Below, piece after piece: positions 10,060 to 20,196 of a DNA stretch of 64,000 nucleotides. The stretch's first letter is position 1, and the number at the start of each line of letters is the position of its first letter. This DNA is from Acidobacteriota bacterium (GTDB lineage Bacteria; Acidobacteriota; UBA890; WLXD01). The notes beneath the pieces are model-generated. The model saw only the letters and a list, made by a program, of their open reading frames with translations. It was not told where the DNA came from and ran no database searches. Made by a program: the position numbers and the translations under genes. Where the stretch lies: contig CAXWPH010000002.1 in assembly GCA_963666055.2 (NCBI GenBank), positions 256,001-320,000 on the forward strand, in the 5' to 3' direction.

Positions 10060-10437
10060 ATGAAGGTGAAACGACAGCGTGATCGTTCTAGTGGAGCCCG
10101 GTCTCCGGTTTCGCCTCGGCTGATCGAGGGTGGCATCGATGCTGCCGTGCCCCTCGACCGGACGATTCATCAGCCCGTGCGCCTGGCGATCATCAGCTCG
10201 TTGGCGGTGAACGACGCGCTGAGCTTCAACGAGCTCAAGCAGCTGCTCGAGTTGACAGATGGCAACCTGAGCGTGCACGCGCGCAAGCTCGAGGACGCCG
10301 GGTACGTTGCTTGCGACAAGAAGTTCGTCGGGCGTATGCCACGTACGCAGTACCGACTGACCGGCTCGGGGCGCCACGCGCTCGAGCGCTATCTGGAGCA
10401 CATGGAGGCGCTTATCGCTGCCGTGCGGCAGTCGTAG
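10060..10437 (+). CDS. Winged-helix transcriptional regulator (ArsR/MarR-like)
   Basis: IHQPVRLAI, FNELKQLLELTDGNLSVHARKLEDAGYV, PRTQYRLT. Confidence 0.9.
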   Translation: MKVKRQRDRSSGARSPVSPRLIEGGIDAAVPLDRTIHQPVRLAIISSLAVNDALSFNELKQLLELTDGNLSVHARKLEDAGYVACDKKFVGRMPRTQYRLTGSGRHALERYLEHMEALIAAVRQS

Positions 10438-10708
10438 CAGGCCGTGGTGAAAGTGTGGTGGGTCTGGCGACAGGGTCTTGCGAGGTGGAGGCAAGGAGAG
10501 AGAGGAGGCGATGGTTACCCCATCGTTGAGGAGGAACGACGCAGCATGCGCGCGCAACCCCCTGTCGCCCAAAGGGTTACGGCGATTTGGGGCCATCTGC
10601 AGCGTTGGCCTTCCTCGACGATGGCCGGGGCATCGCCTGTGTCAGGCCGCCTTGCATCTGGCCCCAACTCGCCGTAACCAGACCCACCACACTTTCACCA
10701 CGGCCTGC
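10437..10708 (+). mobile_element. MITE-like element copy 1 (~272 bp)
   Basis: Perfect 30-bp TIRs CAGGCCGTGGTGAAAGTGTGGTGGGTCTGG at 10438-10467 and 10678-10707, TA on both flanks, no transposase; homologous to 19838-20110 and 50029-50301. Confidence 0.88.
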
Positions 10709-10787
10709 TAGCAGGCCCACCTCACTTCCACCCCGGCCTGCCAGACGCAAGGAGTCGCCGACGCTGCGTGGCATAGTTGAAGGCATC

Positions 10788-13277
10788 ATGGCCGGCAATT
10801 CGACACACTCCGATCTGCTGTCGCTGCGTCTCCTGCTGCTGGCGCTGGCAGCGGCCGCTCCCGTTGGCCTGCTGTCGCTGGGCTGGGCGATCGGCGGCCC
10901 CGCGCCGCAGGAAGACTATCGCGACCCGACGCAATTCCCCGCCTACTTCGAGGCGGGGCCACATGTAGAGGGCTACCGGTTCACCGAGCTGCCGCTCGAT
11001 CGCGACTCGCCCTTTTACCCGTCGTCGGCCACGACGCGTTCCGAGGGGTTTTACTCGCAGGAACAGCTCATGGATGTCGAGCGCTGCGGTGACGCTGGGT
11101 GTCACCCCGACATCTACGACATGTGGTTCGAGTCGGCACACCACCTTGCCTCGATGTCCGACCCCTGGTACCGGCGTACGGTGAAGTTCTTTCAGGAGCG
11201 GGCGGGGGTGCGCGCCTCACAGTGGTGTGGCGGTTGCCACGACCCGGCGCTGATGATGACCGGCAAGATGCAGGGCACGGAGCCCATTGATTTCGAGGGT
11301 GCCGGCGCCAACATCGGCATCTCGTGTCAGTTCTGTCACAGCGTTGACCGGGTGCACTCGGCCCGGGCCAACGGTTCCTACCGGCTGGCGCCGGCCGCGG
11401 TGTTGCCCTATTCGGGTACCACCGATCCAGAGCTGCGGCAGCGCGGCAACGCCGAGCTGCTTGCCGACCCCGAGTTGATCAGGCGCCACAAGGCGCGTCG
11501 CCGCAGCCCGTTCCATTCGTTGTCGCTGTTCTGCGGTACCTGCCACAAGCAGAGCCTGATCACGCCAGTGAACAACTACAAGTGGCTACGCGGTTTCGAC
11601 GAGTACGACGGTTGGCAGGCGAGCGGTATCTCGGGCGGCTCAGCACGGTCGTTCTACTACCCGGAAAAACCCCTGCAATGCCAGGACTGCCACATGCCCG
11701 AGGTGCCGTCGAACGACGCCGGTAACGATGACGGCATGGTCAACTCGCATCGCTTTCTGGGCGCCAACACCGCGTTGCCGGCGGTGCTCGGCTACGAGGC
11801 GCAACTGCGAGCTACGGTGGAGTTCTTACAAGACGATCAAGTTACCGTCGATATCTTCGCTCTGCGACTGGGGTTGCCGGGAGCTACAGAGCAGCTCATC
11901 GCCCCGGCCAACGCCGCCCCGGTCAGCGTGGTGCCCGGCGAGCTGGTCGGTGTGGAGATCGTCGTACGAACGCGCGGCGTCGGGCATCAGTTCACCGGTG
12001 GCACGACCGACAGCAACATGAGCTGGCTCGAGGTGAGTCTCGTTGACGGCGAGGGCCGACCGCTGCTGATGTCGGGAGGTATGAACGAAGAACGCGAGGT
12101 CGATCCGAGCTCCCACTTCTATCGTGGTCTCTTCCTCGACGAGGCTGGCCAGGAGCTCGACAAGCGTAATGGCTGGGATCGTCGGACGCCCGTTTATGTG
12201 CGCGCCATCCCACCGGGCGCCGCCGACACGGTGCACTACCGTTTCAAGGTTCCCGACGATGCTCGCGGCGCGCTGCGGCTACGTGCCCGGCTCAACTACC
12301 GGAAGCACAAGCAGGCGTATAACCGGTGGGCTTTGGGGGCAGTTCCAGCCAGCGCCCAATCGACCGAGGCGGTAAGCCGCCCGGAAGTTGACACCCGTCG
12401 GTGGGAGTACGACGACACCAAGGTTGCCGACATACCGACGGTGGTTCTCAGCGAGGCCGAGCTGCAGCTGGCCGTCCGCGCCGTGTCCACCAACGATGCT
12501 CCTAGTTCACCGGCGCCGCAGCGCGACGATTGGATGCGCTTCAACGATTACGCCATCGGCTTGTTGCGCCAGGGGGACTCCCGCGCTGCGATCGAAGCGT
12601 TCCGAGTCGTGCAGCAGGTGTACCCGGAGTACGCGGACGGGTTCGTGAACGAGGCCAGGGCGCATCTGAGCGAGGGCAACCTGGCCGAGGTGGAGGCAGT
12701 TCTCGAGCGGGCCACGGCGCTCGAACCCGGCTATTTCAAGGTCGCGTACTTCCAGGCCCAGGCGGCGCGTGGCTTCGGGGAGTACGAGCGCGCCGCCGAG
12801 CTTCTCGAGCGGGTTGTGGAGGAATTTCCCTACGACCGCGTCGTGAGGCTCGATCTCGGCAACGTCTACTACTTGCTGGGGAGGTACGACGACGCCATTC
12901 GAGACCTCTTGTTCGTGCTCGATCAGATCGACTCGGAGGAGCTCGGCGCACACTACAACCTGATGCTCAGCTACCGCGCGCTTGGCGACGACGCCAAGGC
13001 CCGGGTACACGAGTCACGCTATCTACGCTATCGCGAGGACGAGGACATCCGTCAGCTCACAGGACAGCACAAGCGCGACCACCCACACGACAACAACGAG
13101 GCGCAGCCGATTCACTTCCACGAGCTGTCAGAGGTGTCGGGTTGGTTCAGCGCGCCGCAACTCGACCCATGGACCGATTGGCTCGAGGGTGGCAGCCGCG
13201 CGCGCCCGGCGCGTGAATTCCCAGGGCCGACCCCACCGTGGCGGCGTACCGACCGCGCCACCGGCGAACAACCATGA
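10788..13277 (+). CDS. Multiheme c-type cytochrome fused to C-terminal TPRs
   Basis: CGDAGCH, CGGCH, CQFCH, CGTCH, CQDCH; SHRFLGAN; GHQFTGG; TPRs RFNDYAIGLLRQGD..., LGNVYYLLGRYDDAI. Confidence 0.88.
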   Translation: MAGNSTHSDLLSLRLLLLALAAAAPVGLLSLGWAIGGPAPQEDYRDPTQFPAYFEAGPHVEGYRFTELPLDRDSPFYPSSATTRSEGFYSQEQLMDVERCGDAGCHPDIYDMWFESAHHLASMSDPWYRRTVKFFQERAGVRASQWCGGCHDPALMMTGKMQGTEPIDFEGAGANIGISCQFCHSVDRVHSARANGSYRLAPAAVLPYSGTTDPELRQRGNAELLADPELIRRHKARRRSPFHSLSLFCGTCHKQSLITPVNNYKWLRGFDEYDGWQASGISGGSARSFYYPEKPLQCQDCHMPEVPSNDAGNDDGMVNSHRFLGANTALPAVLGYEAQLRATVEFLQDDQVTVDIFALRLGLPGATEQLIAPANAAPVSVVPGELVGVEIVVRTRGVGHQFTGGTTDSNMSWLEVSLVDGEGRPLLMSGGMNEEREVDPSSHFYRGLFLDEAGQELDKRNGWDRRTPVYVRAIPPGAADTVHYRFKVPDDARGALRLRARLNYRKHKQAYNRWALGAVPASAQSTEAVSRPEVDTRRWEYDDTKVADIPTVVLSEAELQLAVRAVSTNDAPSSPAPQRDDWMRFNDYAIGLLRQGDSRAAIEAFRVVQQVYPEYADGFVNEARAHLSEGNLAEVEAVLERATALEPGYFKVAYFQAQAARGFGEYERAAELLERVVEEFPYDRVVRLDLGNVYYLLGRYDDAIRDLLFVLDQIDSEELGAHYNLMLSYRALGDDAKARVHESRYLRYREDEDIRQLTGQHKRDHPHDNNEAQPIHFHELSEVSGWFSAPQLDPWTDWLEGGSRARPAREFPGPTPPWRRTDRATGEQP

Positions 13278-15019
13278 GCCGCCTCCGAGCGCTGCTGGTT
13301 GTTGTGATCGCCGTGGCGCTGACAGCGGCCGTGCTACGAGCCGAAGAATCGACGCGGTTCATCGATCACACGGCTGCTGCGGGGATCGATTTTCGACACG
13401 TTAACGGCGCGTTCGGTAACAAGTGGATGCCCGAGAGCCTGGGAGCAGGCGTAGCGTTGTTCGACGCCGACGGCGACGGTTGGACGGATATCCTGTTCGT
13501 TCAGGGAACGACGTGGCCGGGACACGAGACGGCGGTGCCGGTGGAATTGCGCCAAGCGACGATGCAGCTGTACCGCAATCGCGGCGACCGCACGTTCGAG
13601 AACATCACCGTCGGCTCGGGGCTCGAGGTCCCCCTTTACGGATTCGGCGCCGCCCCTGCCGACTACGACGGCGACGGCGACACCGACCTGCTGATCACTG
13701 CTTATGGTGCGAACCGCATGTTCCAGAACGCCGGTGACGGTTCGTTTACGGACGTAACCGAGGCGTCAGGCATGGGACATCCGGGCTGGAGCACTTCGGC
13801 GGCCTGGCTCGACTACGACCTCGACGGAGATCTCGATGTCTACGTGGCGAACTATGTGAAGTGGACGCCAGGAAACGATATCTGGTGCTCGCTGGACGGC
13901 ATCAACAAGTCCTACTGCACCCCCGAGTCTTACGAGGGTGAGCCCTCGGTTCTGTATCGCAACGAGGGTGACGGCACTTTCACCGACGTCAGCGTCGAAG
14001 CGCGGGTGTTCGTACCGGGCGGTAAGTCGTTGGGCGTCACGGTGGCCGATTTCAACGCCGACGGACGACCAGATTTCGCCGTTTCCAACGATACCGAACC
14101 GAACTTCCTGTTCGAGAACGCCGGCGACGGCACTTTCGCCGAGGTGGGGTTGCTGTCAGGCATGGCGTTCGATGCCAGCGGTCGGGCCCGGGCCGGCATG
14201 GGGATCGACACCGCCGACTTGACCAACACCGGCCGTTTGGCGATCGCCATCGGCAACTTCAGTAAGGAGATGATCGGGCTGTTCGAACAGGGCTCGAGCG
14301 GCCTTTTCGTCGACATCGCGGGACGCGCCGGGGTGGGACGGTCGAGCTTTCCGTTTCTTACGTTCGCGCTCTTCTTCTTCGACCACGATCTAGACGGCTG
14401 GCTCGACCTCTTCGCCGTCAACGGCCATCTGGAGTCCCGTATCGCCGAGATCGAGGCCAGTATCGCCTACGAGCAACGCCCCCTGCTGTACCTCAACCGC
14501 GGCGACGGAACGTTACAGGAAGTAGGGAAGCGCGCCGGCGAAGCGATGACCCGCGCCATCGTCGGGCGTGGGGCGGCGTATGCAGATTTTGATCACGACG
14601 GTGACCTCGACGTCGTGATGACGAGCAACGACGGGCCCGCCTACCTGCTGCTCAGTACCACTCGTGACCGCCAGAATCCGCCGCATGTCGTGCGCATCAC
14701 GCTCCGCGACGCGGGTCCCAATACAGCCGCAATCGGCGCCGCGGTCACGGTGCGCGCTGGCGAATGGCAACAAGTCCAGCTGGTGCGCTCGGGCTCGTCA
14801 TACGCCTCGCATAGCGAGCCCACGCTGACCTTCGGTCTGGGCGCTGTCGAGGTGATCGACGCGATCGAGATCATCTGGCCCGACGGCGAACGGCAGGAGC
14901 TCGAGGGCGCTGTCCTGGCCGAGGCGGTGGACCATGAGCTGTTTGTCCGGCGTGGTGGCGTCGAGGCGCGGCTGCGTCTCGAGCCCACGGCAGTCGCGCC
15001 GGCGTGGCGCGCTCCGTAG
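13274..15019 (+). CDS. CRTAC1 family protein (FG-GAP/VCBS repeats + ASPIC/UnbV)
   Basis: Repeated DxDGDGxxD Ca-binding motifs; AIGAAVTV, SGSSYASHS..LTFGLG, IIWPDG; signal peptide; ATGA overlap. Confidence 0.92.
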   Translation: MSRLRALLVVVIAVALTAAVLRAEESTRFIDHTAAAGIDFRHVNGAFGNKWMPESLGAGVALFDADGDGWTDILFVQGTTWPGHETAVPVELRQATMQLYRNRGDRTFENITVGSGLEVPLYGFGAAPADYDGDGDTDLLITAYGANRMFQNAGDGSFTDVTEASGMGHPGWSTSAAWLDYDLDGDLDVYVANYVKWTPGNDIWCSLDGINKSYCTPESYEGEPSVLYRNEGDGTFTDVSVEARVFVPGGKSLGVTVADFNADGRPDFAVSNDTEPNFLFENAGDGTFAEVGLLSGMAFDASGRARAGMGIDTADLTNTGRLAIAIGNFSKEMIGLFEQGSSGLFVDIAGRAGVGRSSFPFLTFALFFFDHDLDGWLDLFAVNGHLESRIAEIEASIAYEQRPLLYLNRGDGTLQEVGKRAGEAMTRAIVGRGAAYADFDHDGDLDVVMTSNDGPAYLLLSTTRDRQNPPHVVRITLRDAGPNTAAIGAAVTVRAGEWQQVQLVRSGSSYASHSEPTLTFGLGAVEVIDAIEIIWPDGERQELEGAVLAEAVDHELFVRRGGVEARLRLEPTAVAPAWRAP

Positions 15020-15217
15020 CCGCAGCTCGGACTGCGAGCCGCTCACCGGGCGGCTCGGCCGCTGGTGGATAGCCAGCGCCCGCTCGGCGGTTTGCGTCTT
15101 GTCCGTCTCGGGACGCCGACGTACGCTGAAAGCTGGTTTCCTGACCTAATCGCCTCCCGCCCACCTTCGAGTCAGGCTACCAACACCCTCCTCCTCGACT
15201 CCCCGCCAAGCGCAGCA

Positions 15218-16576
15218 ATGGAAACCCCGGATCTAGAGCCCGCCAGGCGAGCCATGTCCAGCGACGCGAACCCGTCTGAACGCACGTCGCTCAAGCTGCC
15301 CGCGGCCATCGTCGGCCTCATATTGGTCCTCGGTGTGGCCCTCGGTGCGTTGTCGGTGATTGCTGCTGTGAGGTTCGGTTTGCTCGATGGCAGATCCATC
15401 GGCCTCGGATCCGCCGAGATGCCCCTGATGGACCACGGGGGACCAGGTGACGAGCCCCGGGGCGAGTCACCGCCTGGTCCGATGGCTGCGCCGGTCGAGG
15501 TCGTGCCCGCGGTCGAGATCGTGGCAGCAGAAAGAGTGGAGTTGCTCGGTACGGCCTCGCCAGTGCGCGAGTCGTTGGTGGCCAGCGAGGTCGACGGCCT
15601 GCTGTCGGAGCTGCGCGTTCACGAGGGTGACGCGGTACGCCGTGGTCAGGTACTCGTGCGGCTAAGGACCGCGGCACTCGAGCAGCAGCTCAACGCGGCG
15701 CATGCAGCGCGCGCCGAGACCGACGCGCGGCTGGCCCGTGCCAGTACCGATTTCGATCGCCTTGCCAGCCTGCTGGAGCGCGCTGCGATCTCGCGGCGCG
15801 AGTACGATCAAGCGGTCTCGGACCGGGACGCGTTCGTCCAGGGTGTGGCGCGCCTCGACGCTGAGGTGGCTCGACTCGAAGACGCTCTCGAGCGCGCCGC
15901 GGTGCGGGCGCCGTTCTCGGGACGGGTCTCGGCAGTGCATGTCGAGATCGGTGAGTGGGTCGCGCAGGGGGACGAGATTATCTCGCTGGTCGACCTGTCG
16001 GAGGTCGAGGTGGCGGTACAGATCGCCGAGCGCTACATCTCGGCGATACAGGTGGGGTTCCCGGTCGACGTAAGGCTGGACGCATTGCCCGGGCGGGACT
16101 ATGCCGGGATAGTGAAGGCGATCGTCCCGCAGGCGATGCCAGAAGCGCGTACCTTCCCGGTTCTGATACGTGTGCAGAATCCGGACCTGGCGATCAAGGG
16201 CGGCATGGCGGCTCGCGTGTCGGCGCAGCTCGGCAGCCCCGAGCCGGCAGTGCTCGTGAGCAAGGATGCGATCGTGCGCCGGGGCGACCAGGTGCTCGTC
16301 TTCCGCGTCATGGCCATGGGGCCGCCGCCTGAGCCGAGCGGCGTCGGTACGCGCGGCGTGATCGAGCAGGTGTCGGTGGACATTGGCCCCGCGCGGGGAC
16401 AGTGGCAGGTGGTCTATGGAGCCGTTGCGGAAGGCGATCTCGTGATCGTGCGCGGCAACGAGCGCGTCTTCCCCGGCCAGCCGGTACAGGTGTCCGCTGT
16501 GCGCGACCTGGCGGTGCCGATGGCCGATCCAAGCAAGCCGATCGCCATAGATCCTCGACAAGAAACGGGCTCATGA
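15218..16576 (+). CDS. RND efflux periplasmic adaptor (membrane fusion protein)
   Basis: VASEVDG..VHEGDAVRRGQVL, coiled coil, VRAPFSG, RTFPV, GDLVIVRG; start could be 15254. Confidence 0.9.
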   Translation: METPDLEPARRAMSSDANPSERTSLKLPAAIVGLILVLGVALGALSVIAAVRFGLLDGRSIGLGSAEMPLMDHGGPGDEPRGESPPGPMAAPVEVVPAVEIVAAERVELLGTASPVRESLVASEVDGLLSELRVHEGDAVRRGQVLVRLRTAALEQQLNAAHAARAETDARLARASTDFDRLASLLERAAISRREYDQAVSDRDAFVQGVARLDAEVARLEDALERAAVRAPFSGRVSAVHVEIGEWVAQGDEIISLVDLSEVEVAVQIAERYISAIQVGFPVDVRLDALPGRDYAGIVKAIVPQAMPEARTFPVLIRVQNPDLAIKGGMAARVSAQLGSPEPAVLVSKDAIVRRGDQVLVFRVMAMGPPPEPSGVGTRGVIEQVSVDIGPARGQWQVVYGAVAEGDLVIVRGNERVFPGQPVQVSAVRDLAVPMADPSKPIAIDPRQETGS

Positions 16577-19500
16577 AACTCGTTGATGCGTCGATCAAAT
16601 CTCCTGTCAGCGTAACGGTCGTCGTTCTCCTGGTGGCGCTGTTCGGCATGTTGGCGTTGTTCCGCATTCCGGTGCAGCTGATCCCCGACGTCGAGGTGCC
16701 GCAGGCGGTTGTAACCACCGTGTGGCCGGGCGCGTCACCGGAGGAGATCGAGACCGAGATCGTTCAGAAGCAAGAGGAGCAGCTCAAGTCGCTCGAAGGG
16801 TTGGTGAAGATGACCAGCCAGAGCAGCCAGTCGACGGGAACGGTGACGCTGCAGTTCCAGATCGGCGTCGAGCCGGACGCGGTGCTCCTGAAAGTAAGCA
16901 ACCGCCTGCAGCAGGTGCCGCAATATCCGGCCACAGCGCTCAAGCCGGTGATCACCAGCAAGTCTCCCTTCGAACAGAACGTCATCGCCTGGATCGTCCT
17001 ACAGGCTTTGCCGGACGTGGACGTAGACATCGAGCTGCAGCGCGACTTCGCTATCGAGGTGGTGCAGCGCACGCTCGAGCGCGTCGCCGGGGTTGCCGTC
17101 GCACAGATCTGGGCCGGCCGCGACCGTGAGCTCCAAGTCACCGTCGACCCACAGAAGCTGGCGTTGCGTGGATTGTCGCTGTCGCAGGTGGCCGCGGCGC
17201 TCGACGCGGAGAACCGCGATATATCCGCCGGTGCCTTCGACGAGGGAAAGCGGACGTACGTCGTCCGAACGGTAGGTGAGTACACCGCGCCGGAGCAGAT
17301 CGAGGAGGTGGTGCTGGCGTGGCGCGACGGTGGCCCCATCTACACCCGCGACGTTGCCACCGTCGAGCTCGGCTACGCCAAGGCGACGTCGGTCATGCGG
17401 CAGCGTGGCCTGCCCACGATCGGTGTCGCCGTGCAGCAGCAGTCGGGCTCGAACACGCTGGTGGTGATCGATGGGGTAGAACGCGCCGTGGCGCAGCTCA
17501 ACGCCGGAAGCGTCGGCGAGCTCGGTATGCGCCTGGTGATCGCGTTTTCGCAGGGCGATTACATCGAGGGCGCTATCATGCTGGTGCAGCGCAACATCGT
17601 CATCGGCGGCTTGTTGGCGTTGATCGTGCTGCTGCTATTTCTGCGCAGCTTTTCGAGCGCCATGGTGGTGGGGCTGGCGATTCCGGTGAGCGTAGTGGCG
17701 ACCTTCCTGGTGATGAGCCTGCTAGGTCGTAACATCAACGTGGTCAGCCTGGCTGGGATGGCGTTTGCCGTCGGCATGATCGTCGATGCCTCCATCGTTG
17801 TGCTGGAGAACATCTATCGCCACCAGCAGATGGGGAAATCACGTGCGCAGGCAGCCTACGAGGGCACGATTGAAGTGTGGGGAGCGGTATTCGCGTCGGT
17901 GATGACCACCGTCGCTGTCTTCCTGCCGGTGCTTTTCGTGCAGGAGGAGGCCGGGCAGCTATTCCGTGACATCGCGGTGGCGGTATGCGCCGCGGTGCTG
18001 ATCTCACTGGTCGTGTCGGTAACGCTGATTCCAAGTCTCTCGGCCCGCATTCTTGGCGGCGCGGTAGCCGGTGGGGTTGCGCCCACAGCACAGCGTGGCC
18101 GGCGCGGCATCATCGGATGGGGCGAGCGACTGAACCGGGGAATCGCCGACGTCACGTATTGGCTTTCGGGGTCAGCGGTGTTGCGTGTCGTCGCTGTGCT
18201 GGTGTTGGCTGGGGGCGCGGTGTTCATGGCCTGGTCGCTGATGCCCGAGACCGAATACTTGCCCACCGGCAACCAGAACTTCGCCTTCGGGCTGCTGCTT
18301 CCGCCGCCCGGCTACAACATCGACGAGTATTTGTCGATGTCAGAGACATTGGGCGAGGTGCTGCGCCCCTACCGAGACGCCTTGCCGGGCTCGCCCGAGG
18401 CGGCGCAGCTGAACGCACCACCGATCGAGAACGACTTTTTCGCCTCGACCGGGTTCGGGGCGTTCATGGGTGTGATCGGCTACCAGAGATACGCCGAGCG
18501 CACCGGTGAGCTCGTTCCGGTGCTGCAGCAGGCCGTCAGCCTGCTTCCCGGAACCTTCGGCATTGTGCAGCAGCCGTCGATCTTCCAGCGCGGGCCGTCA
18601 GCGGGCCGTGCCATCGACATCGATCTCACCGGCCCTGACCTGAACGTGCTCCTCGCCCTGGGTGGCCGGGTGTTCGGGTCTGTCATGGCGACCCTGCCAG
18701 GCGCCCAGGCGCAGCCGATTCCGGGGCTGGACCTGGGCAACCCGGAGATCCGTGTGATTCCGGATCGCGAGCGCGCCGCCGAGCTCGGGATGACGGCTTC
18801 GGAGCTCGGCTTCGCGCTCAACGCCCTCGTGGACGGGGTGAAGGTCAGCGAGTATCAGTTCGAGGGCAGGGCGATCGATCTCGTGCTCAGGGGTGCCACG
18901 CCATATGCGACGCGCTCACAGGATATCGAGGCGCTCAACATCGCCACACCGTCGGGGCGGGTGGTGAGCGTCGGCGATATCGGTCGTGTGGTCGAAACCA
19001 ACGGTCCCTCGCAGATCATTCGTATCGAGCGCCAGCGCGCGGTTACCATTCGCGTGCTGCCGGCCCGTGAGATGCCGCTCGAAACGGCGATGGCGACGAT
19101 CGAGACCAACATCCTGGGACCGATGCGCGCCGATGGGTCGCTGTCGCTTCCCTACCAGGCGACGCTGGCGGGATCGGCCGACAAGCTCACCACGACACGG
19201 CAGGCCCTGCAGGGAAACATGTTGCTGGCGCTGGTGGTGATTTACCTGCTGATGGCGGCGTTGTTCGAGTCGTTCCTGTACCCGTTCGTGATTCTGTTCT
19301 CGGTGCCGTTCGCGGCACTCGGCGGTTTCGTCGGGCTCGCGCTGGTGAACAGATTCGTCGCCTACCAGGCACTCGACGTGATCGCCATGCTCGGTTTCGT
19401 GATACTCGTCGGCGTCGTCGTCAACAACGCCATCTTGATCGTCCACCAGACGCTGAACTACATGCGCGATCGCGGGCTGGAGCACCGCGAGGCGCTGCGC

Positions 19501-19758
19501 GACGCCGTGTCCGACCGTGTCCGGCCGATCTTCATGAGCACGCTTACCTCGGTCATGGGCATGGCACCGTTGGTGCTGGTGACCGGGCCCGGCAGCGAGA
19601 TCTACCGTGGCCTGGGCAGCGTCGTGGTGGGTGGGTTGGCGGTCTCGACGATCTTCACGCTGTTTCTCGTACCGGCCGTGTTCTCCATCGTAATGGACGT
19701 GCGCGCCGCGGTGCTGCGGGCGGTGCGAGGAAGCGACGAAGCACGCGCCCGGGCCTGA
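16573..19758 (+). CDS. RND efflux transporter permease (AcrB/CzcA superfamily)
   Basis: PGASPEEIE, GMIVDASIVVLENI, GVVVNNAIL, RVRPIFMSTLT, GGLAVST; about 1060 aa. Confidence 0.95.
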   Translation: MKLVDASIKSPVSVTVVVLLVALFGMLALFRIPVQLIPDVEVPQAVVTTVWPGASPEEIETEIVQKQEEQLKSLEGLVKMTSQSSQSTGTVTLQFQIGVEPDAVLLKVSNRLQQVPQYPATALKPVITSKSPFEQNVIAWIVLQALPDVDVDIELQRDFAIEVVQRTLERVAGVAVAQIWAGRDRELQVTVDPQKLALRGLSLSQVAAALDAENRDISAGAFDEGKRTYVVRTVGEYTAPEQIEEVVLAWRDGGPIYTRDVATVELGYAKATSVMRQRGLPTIGVAVQQQSGSNTLVVIDGVERAVAQLNAGSVGELGMRLVIAFSQGDYIEGAIMLVQRNIVIGGLLALIVLLLFLRSFSSAMVVGLAIPVSVVATFLVMSLLGRNINVVSLAGMAFAVGMIVDASIVVLENIYRHQQMGKSRAQAAYEGTIEVWGAVFASVMTTVAVFLPVLFVQEEAGQLFRDIAVAVCAAVLISLVVSVTLIPSLSARILGGAVAGGVAPTAQRGRRGIIGWGERLNRGIADVTYWLSGSAVLRVVAVLVLAGGAVFMAWSLMPETEYLPTGNQNFAFGLLLPPPGYNIDEYLSMSETLGEVLRPYRDALPGSPEAAQLNAPPIENDFFASTGFGAFMGVIGYQRYAERTGELVPVLQQAVSLLPGTFGIVQQPSIFQRGPSAGRAIDIDLTGPDLNVLLALGGRVFGSVMATLPGAQAQPIPGLDLGNPEIRVIPDRERAAELGMTASELGFALNALVDGVKVSEYQFEGRAIDLVLRGATPYATRSQDIEALNIATPSGRVVSVGDIGRVVETNGPSQIIRIERQRAVTIRVLPAREMPLETAMATIETNILGPMRADGSLSLPYQATLAGSADKLTTTRQALQGNMLLALVVIYLLMAALFESFLYPFVILFSVPFAALGGFVGLALVNRFVAYQALDVIAMLGFVILVGVVVNNAILIVHQTLNYMRDRGLEHREALRDAVSDRVRPIFMSTLTSVMGMAPLVLVTGPGSEIYRGLGSVVVGGLAVSTIFTLFLVPAVFSIVMDVRAAVLRAVRGSDEARARA

Positions 19759-19837
19759 GTACGCAGCCGTCAATAGCCCACGAGTCAGAATCACGCCGAG
19801 GACAGCGGCTGGTAACCTGCGCGCGCCTTCGTGTCTA

Positions 19838-20110
19838 GCAGGCCGTGGTGAAAGTGTGGTGGGTCTGGTTACGGCGAGTTGGGGCCAGATGCAAGGCAGC
19901 CTGACACAGGCGATGCCCTAGCCATCGTCGAGGAAGGCCAACGCTGCAAATGGCCCCAAATCGCCGTAACCCCCCGGGCGACAGGGGGTTGCGCGCGTAT
20001 GCTGCGTCGTTCCTCGTCAACGATGGGGTAACCATCGCCTCCTCCTCTCTCCTTGCCTCCACTTCGCAAGACCCTGTCGCCAGACCCACCCCACTTTCAC
20101 CACGGCCTGC
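19838..20110 (-). mobile_element. MITE-like element copy 2 (reverse orientation)
   Basis: Same TIRs, CTAG on both flanks, interior is the reverse complement of copy 1 with scattered substitutions. Confidence 0.88.
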
Positions 20111-20196
20111 TAGCTGGGCCCTCCTGGGCGTGATCCTTTCGGCAACGCCATCGAGCTCCAGGAGCTGAAACCAACGCCGGAGTGTATCCTCGGTCG

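Noticed and set aside
7530-10136. 868-aa version of the phosphatase
   Set aside because: The N-terminal 300 aa overlap the opposite-strand membrane gene; the FHA domain begins after Met at 9230
10444-10711. ORFs inside the MITE copies (also 19835-20296 and 50047-50304)
   Set aside because: Frames differ between copies and show no transposase motifs; by-products of the repeat
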